NCBI RefSeq assembly: GCF_006345805.1
Contig: NC_043010.1
Location: forward strand, 29,512,001-29,576,000
Origin: Octopus sinensis
Lineage: Eukaryota
Length of the DNA: 64,000 nucleotides
Direction: 5' to 3'
The first letter of the stretch is position 1; every line of letters starts with the position of its first letter. Below the pieces are notes generated by a model, which saw nothing but the letters and a program-made list of their open reading frames with translations, ran no database searches and was not told where the DNA came from. The translations under genes and the position numbers were made by a program. Shown piece after piece: positions 53,036 through 64,000 of this stretch.

Positions 53036-53074
53036 TCTATCTAGTTTCTGGTCTGGTGAGACCTTCATCAGAGA
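53036..53074 (-). ncRNA. Degenerate minimal hammerhead motif
   Basis: TCT-CTGATGA-A-GGTCT(CACC)AGACC-A-GAAACTAGAT-AGA. U16.1 appears mutated to A. Confidence 0.35.
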
Positions 53075-53379
53075 AAGATTATCTACTTTCTGTGCCCAGA
53101 ATCATTTATAAAGTAACATACTCGGATATATACAAACTTGTTTGTCTAAATTTCATAGCAGTATATATATAACCTTTCGAGAGACCGTAAAATAATTTTT
53201 TTTTTAATATAATAGTATATCCAGAAGTAAACACATAATGCTATAAACCCAGTATTTACATGTTTATAGATTTATATGTGTGCTTCGAGATATACTATTC
53301 CAAAAAAAGAATATAGTTATATGTGAGTATGTATGTGTGTGTATTTATGTATGTGCGTATTTTATCTGATTCACTGCTT

Positions 53380-53413
<34 letters not shown>

Positions 53414-53532
53414 GTATAAACTAACACAGCCATAAATACATACATATACATACATATATATACATATATATATATATATGTGTGTGTGTGTGCGTATGTA
53501 TGTGTGTGTGTATGTATGTATGTGTGTGTATG

Positions 53533-53634
<102 letters not shown>

Positions 53635-53635
53635 A

Positions 53636-53746
<111 letters not shown>

Positions 53747-53855
53747 ATATATATGATACATATAGATATAAACATAATAAATGAACATACGAACATATAT
53801 ATACGCAAATATACAAGCATATAAAAATATATGCTCATATATGACTACACACAAA

Positions 53856-54067
53856 CACTTAAAAATCAATAAATATTTTTTTTTAAACTTTAGAAAGCAA
53901 TATGATGCGAACCTCTTAGAAGGAATGTTTGTGTGTGTGTGTATGTGTGTGTGCTAGACTATGATGCATTATTATCACACACACACACACACATTCCTTC
54001 TAAGAAGTTCGTATCATATTGCTTTCTAAAGTTTTTTTTTTTAAATATATTTATTGATTTTTAAGTG
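53856..54067. repeat. Inverted repeat with ~85-bp arms ending in (TG)n/(CA)n
   Basis: cacttaaaaatcaataaata...ctttagaaagcaatatgat.cgaac..cttagaaggaatgt is mirrored downstream. Confidence 0.85.
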
Positions 54068-54107
54068 AAGAAAATCTTAAATCTTTCTTGACATATGTTT
54101 ATATATA

Positions 54108-54173
<66 letters not shown>

Positions 54174-55349
54174 GCGTGTGCGTGCGTGTGTGTGTGTGTG
54201 CATTCGTGTGTGTGTGTGTGTGTTAGAATATGATGCATTATTATTATTATGATTATAGAAAACAAGTAGAAACACATTGATGGTCCATACCAAACACTGA
54301 AGTTTCAATAATACATTTTAGTTTTTCTAAATTTATTTTGACATGAGACATCCCAGAGCAAACACTTAACACGGGGGAAATAATCCTTTCTTAATATTCT
54401 ATGAAGATTAGAAGTTTAAACTAAGGAACAAGAAAGCTAATGCATAGAATATACATATTTCAAGTTTTTTTTTATGCCTTACTTATTACGAATTTCTTAA
54501 AATTTATATTCAGTGGTAGTCATAAAGGAAAGAGTAGTATCCTATGATCTTTTCAGGACATCTGTGATTGGTGAGAAAAAAGCAGGAAGTTATGCTTCAA
54601 CCGAAGATTTGATTCTATACTAGCAATAGAGTGGAGTCGGATAAAGTCAGTCAAGGATCGGGTGGTTTAAGTTAAATTATTTTCTGTTTCTGTCAGCCAA
54701 ATTTTACTCATAGTGCCATGGTTAATTTGAAACATTGATAAAAGACGTTCGCCCGAGTTACTGCGCAGTGAAATTGAGCCTGAAACCACACAGCCATACT
54801 TAATCATACATTAAAAAGCAATGTAGATTGTTTTATGTCCATATTTTTTTCCAAACATTACAACGAATTGGCTTCAATCAAGAAACGAAACGTCGATTAG
54901 ATTTCTCTCGCTCTTTTTATTACTTTGTTCATATCCTACTTCATTGAGTAATAAACCTACATCTGTCGCCCAGTTTGACACAGCCAGCTAACCCTAAGTC
55001 TTTTTTCTTACTCTATGCAACATCACTCATGGACGTGTGTCTTTCATGAGATTTTTCTTGGATACGGTATGGGACCATCTGCACGGTTTGTCAACCCACA
55101 TGCAGAATGTTTTTGCGAGACAACACTCATGTGGATGGTCGTTGGCTAACAATAAACTCATTCGTCCTTTGACCTGTTTTGTGTTTGGTCCTGCAGAGTG
55201 ACCACAGCACTCCCCTCACCTGGCGCCAGATGAGGGAGCCGGCTTAATCGCCGGTCACCTGACCATGGAACAGCTAGAACTTGGTTAAAAGGTACCAATA
55301 GTACGATTTTCCTGATCTGACCCAGGACCCTCGGCTCTCTTTAAGTGAA

Positions 55350-55650
55350 GTTCACTTAGTTGTTGCAAAAATTGGAACCAGGTCTTCAGTCTGAGGATAA
55401 ACTGATGTGTTGTGCTTTTATGATCTCTGTTCTTCAGACCTGGCTGCTCTCGCATTGCCTCCATTTAGACTCCTCTAACCCACTTGTCTTCCCATCTTTC
55501 AACACTCTCATTGTGTACAACTACACCGACCCTGCACTAACCACTATTCCCAGTTTCTCCTCCACAGAACATCGTCTCACTGAAATTTTTCTCTCCTCTA
55601 CATGTCAATTCTGCATCAATTCAAACACATCAAGGTCTCTCGTCTGAGCG
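55350..55650 (+). mobile_element. Decayed 3' end of a CR1/Jockey-type LINE
   Basis: LAALALPP...VQLHRPCTNHYSQF..HRTS resembles the typical 'RTN.YS.SF.PRT..LWN' terminus. Confidence 0.5.
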
Positions 55651-55871
55651 GGCCTGTAAAGATCATGAGCAATGTCCTTTCCTCCAGACCCAGAAAGTAT
55701 CATAAAAACTAGCGCTGCTCTCTGTCCCTTCATCTAAAAAGACAAGGTTTCGTCTTCCACTTTTTCTCTTCTCACCACTAGTTTTGGACATCCTACAAAA
55801 TTCTGTGGGCGCCATGGATAAGCAATAAATAAACAAATATAAAATACACTTCAATAAATTTCACAGCTTAC

Positions 55872-55878
55872 CTGCCAT
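55872..55878 (-). CDS. Coding exon 1 (ATG GCA G) of a mucin-like single-pass membrane protein gene
   Basis: Minus strand reads ...gagaaaaa ATG GCA G|gtaagc, a strong phase-1 donor. Joined to the exon at 46399 it gives MAV-KIADVF in frame. The assignment rests on frame and phase fit only. Confidence 0.65.
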
Positions 55879-56177
55879 TTTTCTCCACTCTCTCTCTCTC
55901 TCTCCCTCTTTCTTTCTCTCTCTTTCTCCCTTTTTTCTCTCTTTAATAAATTTCAACCGAAACACTTCAGCACTTTACGGAACTTCAATCTTCAGCTAAC
56001 CCACGTCAACCAGTTTGTTTGTCTGTATTGTTGCTGTTGTTGTTTTATGTTTCAGTAATAAAGTTAGTTTCCTGTTTGCCACTAATACAAAACAAACCAC
56101 ATTAATTTACTCAGATACGGTATACTGTTACTTAGTACTTTTAATAGTCACTAATGATGCATGTGTATGTGTGTGTG

Positions 56178-56209
<32 letters not shown>

Positions 56210-56571
56210 CATCTATGGAGGAGGAAGAGAAAGAGAGAAAGAGAGAGAGGAGGGCTCAGACAGATACGCTTGTGCGACCATCTTCGATCCTTCAAAGAAA
56301 TTAAGAGTCAATAATGATCTATTTGATAAAAATCACTTTGTCACTTTTTTTTTTGTTGTCTCCTAACACTTCCCTTTCCCTTAGTTTACCTCTTCCTCTC
56401 CTATTTCTCCTCCTGTATCATTGTCCTTTTTCTCGCTTATTGTCTCTCCCTTCTCTATTTTTATTTATCTAACTACCCTTCTTTTCTGTAGCTTGCTCTC
56501 CCACTCCCTCCGTCTTACCTTTAGCTAACACTGTTCCCCTCTATTTCCGTTCTTCTCTTTAGCATGTCTCT

Positions 56572-56608
<37 letters not shown>

Positions 56609-57399
56609 ACTCTCGTCAATATATTTCATAAAATATTCAAAGCTGATCATTATCTCCCCCAATATGCATGATATATCTTTTGTTTCCTTTTAAAATGATA
56701 TTTAAGTGTCATTACAAGGTCAGTAATTGGTTGATATATGAAAGTGCTCGGTGAAGCAATGAATATCGAGTCATTACGCATACATAACTGTATTGCATTA
56801 TCTTAAAGAAATCCATATTGCATTACCTTTGAATTATTAACTATGCGTGCAGAGGTGGATGTGATGTAAAAGCTCGCTTTACGTCCACCTGTTGTTAAAC
56901 CTGTTTTCTTTCATAACCTGAATTGTACAAAAACTTACAAGTAAAATTTAAGAGCACCAGGTGGAATGCTTGATTCCGACGAGGTCGATTTTCCCTTCCC
57001 ACCATTTTTTTTTCCGCGTTCGATAAAATAAAGTATAATCAAATTATGGGCTCGCTGTTATTGACTAACTCCTTCCTTGAATTTCAGGCCTTGTACCTCT
57101 ACTAGAAACAGTTCTTTAAAAAGTAAAATAAAATAAGGCAAACCAAAAGAAATCATCATCATCGTTATTTTTATTAAAGCAGCGAGTTGGCAGAATTGTT
57201 ACCACAACCGGCAAAGTACTTAGCGGTATTTTCCCGACTTAATATTCTGTGTTCAAATGCCCTGAGGTCGACTTTGCCTTTCAGCCTTTTGAAGTTGATA
57301 AAATAAGTACCAGTTGAGCAGTGGAATTGATGTAATTGAGTTGACCCCTGTCCTAAAATTCTAGGCCTTGTGCCAATAGTGAAAAGGATTATTATAAAT

Positions 57400-57712
57400 T
57401 CCACCATAGCGAAGGTGGAGGTATTATTTTCAGTCGTGTTTGTTTGTTTGTCCGTGGACAAGATATCTCAAGAACCGCTGGATGGATTCGGATGAAACCT
57501 TCAAGGATGTTTGGCCTCGTGACTGGCACGAACTTATTAGATTTTTGGATAGATCCGGTACCGGACAAGGATTCTGGATTATTTTTCCTGTTTTTTTACT
57601 TAGTTTTTGAGAGCGGTCGGGTTAATTTTTAGTATTCTCGTTTGTGAGAATAGTCGAGTTTATTTCAGATAATCGTTGAGAAGACGTTAGTGTTGCCTTG
57701 GCGGAGGTTTTC
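57400..57712 (+). mobile_element. Helentron-associated non-autonomous element (HINE/DINE-1-like)
   Basis: 5' ccacc..gcgaaggtggagg stem, (GTTT)n, atctcaagaaccgctggatggatt..gatgaaac core, and 3' ccttggcggagg. Confidence 0.65.
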
Positions 57713-57769
57713 AGATACACTCAACAATTTTGATTGTTGGAAAAGAAAAAATCCTATCGGGCTACAACA

Positions 57770-60700
57770 AGTAACTTTAGATGCCAAGAACCCTCCTAAA
57801 TATCTTTGCTCTCCCTAATAAGAGTTTTCTGGAGATGTACTAAACTGGCTTTTATGCCTATTTCCTCTATCCATCTGTTCAAATCTTCAGAGATAGTTCC
57901 CAATGCACTCATAACTACTGGGATATATTTTATCCGCACTTTCCATAGTCTCTGTAATTCAATGGATAGGTTCTGGTGCTTTGCTATTTTTTCTATACCT
58001 GTCATATTGGGGTTTTTTTTATCATTTGGGACTGTAAAGTATTTGCAGGCTTCACTAGATTCGGGCCATTTAGTTTTGACTTCATTAGCTTCCTCACCCT
58101 TCTGATGTACTCCTTCTCGATTTTTGTTTCCATTTCTATAGTTTGTACTTTGTCAGATTCTAATACCCCTAAGTACTTAGACACTACTAAATCAGGCCTT
58201 CTAGTTTCTATGACTTTGTCAGTCTTAATGTTAAAGTCCCACAACATCTTGTATTTCTTACTTTCTAGTACTTTACTAGGTTCATGTTCATACCATTTAT
58301 CAGTATGTTCAAATCCTAGCTTTCTACATAACTCCCAGTGGATTACTCTCCCTGGGTTGTCATGCATTTTCTTGTAGTCTTTCTGTGCTAGCATGCAACA
58401 TTCACTTAATATATGATTAACGCTATCCTCTTTTGATTTGCATAATCTACATTGGGAATCTACTTGGTTTTTGTCTATCTTAGCTTTTATTCAATTAGTC
58501 CTTAATGCTTGATCTTGTGCAGCTACTGTCTCCCTCTTCAGCTTTCATTTTTGCAACCATAGCATGTCTCACTACTACTATTTGCTGCAACTATCTTTGG
58601 AAATCTACCATACAATGTCTTCTCCTGCCAGTCAGATAATTTCTGCTCTTATTTCTGATTCGTTTGGGTTTTTGATTTCCCTAAGCTTTACTGTGACTCT
58701 AGCAGTTTTGAATACACTTTCTTCACTATTTCCTACATAGGTCTCTATATCTACTTTAGCTAACTCCACGTAGTCTTCTGCTGATATTAACCCTCTTCTG
58801 TCTTCCTTCCTAGGTAAGTATAATCTTGTTATTCTTGCCCTTGGGTGGGGTCCTTCATTCATATTGAATTCCTTTCTAGTTTTTCTGTCTAGCTTTGCTA
58901 ATTCAGTTTTTGTCCATTCTACAAAAGTATCTACGTAATGATACTGCCCAAGCATTTACAGTCTTCAATAGATAGATTCGGGCTATTTAGTTTTAACTTC
59001 ATTAGCTTCCTTACCTTTCTGATGTAATCCTTCTCAATTTTCGTTTCCATTTCTATAGTTGGTACTTTGTCAGATTCTAATACACATAGATACTTATAAC
59101 TCTCACCTCCTTTCAATGATTTTAATGTCTGGCCATCTGGTAATTGGATGCCTTTGCTGTTGACTCCCTGTCCCCTTCTCATGACTAATATTGCATATTT
59201 ATCTATGCCATTCTGAACTGATATCCTTTATCTTCCTTAATACTAAACTGAAGGGGATCAAACATAACACAAGTATTAAAGAGGACAACTAGTCCCCCTG
59301 GAAAATTCCTCTCTTGATATTAACATTCCCTAAGAGTGTGTCACCTGAGTAGAGATCTACTTACCATTTTTTCATGCTAATGCTAATTCATTTTCTTATG
59401 TTGCCAGCTATACTGTATATACTAAAACATTTTAATGGAATAATTACTATGAAGCATTGTGTAGAATATATTGTATAAAGGATCGTGGGTAAAGCCAAAA
59501 CAATGCGAAGTAAATGCAAGGTAAATCACAAGAAAACAAATATATGAAAAAACGAATTGATATCTTTGTTTTCTTGTGATTTACCTGGCATTTACTTCGC
59601 ATTGTCTTGGCCACAATCCTTTATACTAAAACATTTACTTCTCCATGAGTGTCGGATCATATCATAGGTTTTCCTATAATCTATCCATGCTATTGCTAGA
59701 TTTTTTTCTAGCTTTTACCTCATTTAGAACTGCTTTGTCTATGTACAATAAATCATACGTTCCTCTAGCCTTCTTCCTGCAACCTTTCTGTTCTTCTGGC
59801 AGTAAATTCTGGTTGTCAAGGTGCTCATAAATGCTTTCTGAAAGTATTCCTGTTAACAGTTTCCACACTAATGCTTGGTCTATAGTTGCTAGCTGTATTG
59901 CCCTTGTTTTTATATTTTATAATGAGTATTGTCCTCCCTCTAGTCATCCAATCTAGTATTATTTCTCCATTAAGGCAATCTTGAAGTTGTTCCCTCAGCC
60001 TCCCATGTAAGCTACTAAATTTCTTTAGCCAGTACTCTTGAAGTAAATCTGGTCCTGGACCTTTCCAATTCGACACTTTTCCTAACACTTTACTCATTAA
60101 TGCACTAGTTAGTCTTAGATCTGGCTGCTTCTCACTACTTCCTCCTTTACTTTCTTTAACAATACTGCATCTCCATTATCATTGACTGGTTTATCCTAAA
60201 TATTACTCCAGAGCTTTCTAGCTTCTTCTGCATTAGGTTTCTCACTTCACTACTTCTTTCTCCGCTATTTATTTAGTTATAAAATGTCCTCTGATCTGTC
60301 TCAAATAATCTATTCTGTTGATACTGATCTATTCTTTTCCGATACCTGGCGAGTTTGCATGATATTGCTATAATATGCTGTTTCAACTCTTCTATTACTA
60401 TCCCAAATCCTTCCTCTTTCACTAATGATCTTTCCTCGGGGGAAGATTTGCATCTTGTGTTTCCTAACTTGTTCAGTTTCTACTCAGATTTTGTCTTAAA
60501 GTCTTCATTTTATTTTGTAGTCTCTTTTTTCCCCATTTGCTCTTTTTTAATATTTCCTTGTGATATATCTAATCTTCTAGTGGCAACTGTCCCTCCTGCA
60601 CAGATCAATAAGTTAGCATCTCCTATATTTTAATATCTATCCCACTGATAACTGAATCCAATTTTCTAGTCATATCTAGCAACTTCCTTCTGTCGGTGCC

Positions 60701-61130
60701 TTTTAATGTTGGCAATCTTTTTTTTACTTCTTTACTCATTACTTCCTGCAACTCATCTAAAATCTTCTGATCTTCCTCACTTAAATTCCTTAAGTCGTTG
60801 GTGCCAGTTGTCCCTTCTTTATTGGTAGCACTATTGTTATTTTCCCCTTAGATTCTTCTTTGGTTTGAGCTGTATCTCTTATGTTATTCTTTGTCTTTCC
60901 AACTGCCTGGTCTTTCTTTTCTAGTTCTCTTGTGATCTCCTCTACCTCCACTTCTGTCATCCACTTTCTTCTCCTAATAGCATCAGCTTAATCAACTAAT
61001 CTCTGCTCAGTCACTTTAAACATACCTTTCTCTACCCAAAGTATTTACATCCATTTTCTATAGCCCCTTCTTTTAGGTTCACTTTCTAAGTAGCACTGCT
61101 TCATTTTCGCTGTTACAATGAGAGTTCCTT
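57770..61130 (-). mobile_element. Decayed RLE LINE (R4/Dong-like), copy 1
   Basis: WKGPGPDLLQEYWLKK, NYRP, EEQKGCRK, YKYLGVLE, DRKTRK, LYLPRKEDRRGL, IHWELC, RRPDLVV and IPVVMSALG. Confidence 0.85.
59473..59626. repeat. Hairpin insertion with ~70-bp arms within the LINE
   Basis: gtataaagga...gtaaatcacaagaaaacaaa.atat mirrored at 59560-59626. A 15-bp direct repeat tatactaaaacattt lies at 59418 and 59622. Confidence 0.8.
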
Positions 61131-61299
61131 TGGAAACTTCTGTCTCTCATAAATTGAGGTAAGATAACGTTTGTTATTATTACTATCATGATTTTATTTA
61201 TTTATTTATTTACCTATTTATTATTATTATTAATGTTATATGAAAACTCACAGCTTATTTAGCTGGGTATGATGGAAATTGTCAGCTGTCCGCAGCCAG

Positions 61300-64000
61300 C
61301 AGACTAAAGTGACACTTGTTTACTGGTCATGCTTCAAGAACCCTGCGAAGAATTCTTGCAGTTCCAAGCACACTTTCCATGCTGGTAGTTGAGTGCTGAT
61401 ACTTCTAAGTGCACAATTACTATTGCTATCATGTCTACTCTCTTCATTGACCACAACCTTCGTATTTCCCACTTTAAATCTTCTTCTTTCACATTGATCC
61501 TGTAGTCACCGGGGTTTGCTATGTTGATAATTATACACGTTCTTTCTTTTTTATTCATCACAACAATGTCCGGTTTCCTATGTCTGGTCAGGTGATCGCA
61601 CTGGATCATTACATCCCACAGGATTTTGCAGTTCTCATTTTCGGTGACTCTTTCTGGGGGTTGTTCATACCACGTCTTTGCTCTTTGAGGGCCGTGATTT
61701 CCACAGAGCTTCCAATGGATCATTCTTGCCACATTGTCATGATGTCGTTTGTATTCGCGTTGCGCCAATTTCGGACATTCGCTAACGATGTGCCATACCG
61801 TTTCACCCCTCTCACCACACATTCTGCATTTGTCACTATCGGTACTGTTGTCTATTGTGCACATCATATAATTGGTCCTTAACGCTTGTTCCTGAGCTGC
61901 GCATATGAGTGCTTCTGTCTCTATCTTCAGGTCACTCCTCCTCATCCATAGCCACCGGTCCTCTGTATCTGCCTTGGCGTTCTCATCTCTTGCAAACTGA
62001 CCGTACATTTTTTCTTCCATGCCTTTTTTTCTTTTTTCTTTCATTTTTTTTTTTGTTGTTCATTTCTTGTTTAAATGTTTCCTTAGTTACACAATTTTCA
62101 GTTTTGATGACGCCGGCCTTCTTCGTGTGTTTCAACAGTGGCTCCACGGCATTTCTTATATACCACCCTAAGCTATTTCTCTCTGCTTCGATTCAGTTCT
62201 GGCAACTGATCAAACCTCTCCCACTCTTAGGGTAGACGGTTCCGTGTACTGTTAACATTTTTCTGGTCTTGGTATCTATTTTCTTTATTTCTCTCTTTTG
62301 CCACTTTATAATTCCCGCTCCATACCGAAGTAATGCTCACGTATTAACTGCTTGGATTTTATTCCATCCAGTCAATTTTGAGCGCAGCACCAACCTCAGT
62401 CTTCGGAAATACTCCATCCTCAGTTGTTCTTTCACTTCCTTTTCCATTATATCGTTAAACTCTAGTACACCAAGGTATTTGTATCCTTCCGTTTCAATTT
62501 GCTTAATCAAATCTCTCTTCGGTAATTCTATCCCTGCTAGGGATTGTACCTTGCCTCTTTTTAGGTAGATTACTCCGCTCTTCTTGAGTCCAAATTCCAT
62601 TCTAATATCAGTACTAAAACAGTGCACCGTGTTCACGAAGGAACTCATCTTTACCATACAGTTCCATACAGTTTCAAATCATCCATGAAGAGGAGGTGGT
62701 TGATTGCTTGTCATTTATCCTTTAGTTGATACCCCAGGTTCGTTTTCCTGAGTACCAAGATCAGGGATATCATGCAGAGATCGAAAAGCAATTGAGATAG
62801 GCTGTTGCCTTGAAAAACCCCTCTTTTAATACCCAGGGTGCCCAAACATTTTCCGTAAGATGTCAGTTCAATTTTCCCTCCCTCTTCAGGAAACACGTTA
62901 CATTCCTCGCAATTCCAAACATCTAAGCACGTGATGATCCACGATTGTGGAAGAATCATATCATAAGCTTTGCGATAGTCAATCCAGGCCATTCCCAGAT
63001 TTATTCTCCTTTCTTTACAATCTTGCATTGCCCCGGCGGTAATATATCGTTCTAATCGAGAAATTTATATAGTTCTTCTGCTATTCCTTTTGGCAGTAAC
63101 TGCCACATTAACGGGAGTCAGAAAATTAGTCTGTAATTGTCAGCAACATTTCCCTTTGATGCATTCTTCGGGCACACCACCGTTCGTCCTTTTGTCAACC
63201 AGCCCGGAATTTCTTCTTCTCCATTGGTCAATGCATTAAATTGTCCTACGACCAATTTATGGCAACTACTGCACTTTTTTATCCAAAATCCCTGTACACC
63301 ATCAGGTCCTGCTGCTTTCCAATTGCTTATCTTTTTACTCATATTTCTGATACTGTCTTCAGGCTGCAGAGCCATTCAGCTATAGTATTATGTTGTTCTT
63401 GCTTACTCCATATCTTACCCCAAAAAAGTTGACTTTTATCAGCATCAGGAACTTATCTTTCACGTTTTTTATCGTCATTAATCTCTTGATAAAATCTTTT
63501 TTGGTCGGTTCTAAACAATTTGTTTTACTGGTATTGCTTAATCCGTTGTTCAAACTTAGCCTTGCTTTTTTACATGTATGCACTGCTTCAGTTCTTCAGT
63601 TACAACATTCAAGCCTTTTGTATCTACACCATACTTCTTCCTAACTTTTTAGAATTTCCATTCAGTCTAAAGTTCTCCATTTCTTTTCTTGAAAAGTATT
63701 GACACTACACTGTTCAAGGAGTTTATATCTTCAGAAATTCTCCTTTTCCTCCACGGTCGTTTATTTCCTCTTCTATCCGTCGCTGTTCTATTCTCAGTAG
63801 TTCTCAAACCCGTCCTTTCCGCCTACTAACAGCCTTGAAAAGATTGATGTTCTTTGTTTCAATGTGTCTCAGTACATTATTGACTTTATTCGTCTCTTGA
63901 TTTAGTCTCCATTGGTTAGTCTTCTTAAAGTCGCACACAAATTCTCTCCCATCTGTAATTAATAGATCCAAATTTCTGTCTATCATTAATCGATCTTCAT
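61300..64000 (-). mobile_element. Decayed RLE LINE (R4/Dong-like), copy 2, running off the window
   Basis: WKAAGPDGVQGFWIKK, AWIDYRKAYD, GVFQGNSLS, LFMDDLK, CRMCGERGETVWHIVSEC (CCHC) and RKPDIVV. Confidence 0.88.

Overview
This is AT-rich, microsatellite-saturated eukaryotic DNA. The SINE and repeat content resembles an octopus (coleoid cephalopod) genome; this is inferred from recognition, not from a search. I could assemble one host gene, on the minus strand and not evident from the ORF track. It has 4 coding exons (55872-55878, 46316-46399, 42382-43089, 38269-38513), all joined by GT-AG phase-1 introns. Together they give an intact 347-aa protein: signal peptide, Thr/Glu/Ser mucin stalk, CxCxC motif, probable helical segment, single TM helix and short tail. 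Almost everything else is transposon debris. DNA transposons include mariner, Tc1, Tigger/pogo, Helitron/Helentron and several MITE or fold-back elements. Two of the MITEs have GG termini and 8-bp TSDs (Merlin-like) and carry telomere-type TTAGGG arrays. Retroelements include a near-complete CR1-type LINE, a decayed Tx1/L1 LINE, R4/Dong-like and Hero-like RLE LINEs, several Penelope remnants with minimal hammerhead-ribozyme motifs, and tRNA-derived SINEs. There is also an unusual density of palindromes, including a perfect ~1.24 kb one that may be an assembly artefact. Most ORFs in the track are microsatellite translations. Many TE boundaries are approximate, and all family calls come from motif recognition by eye.
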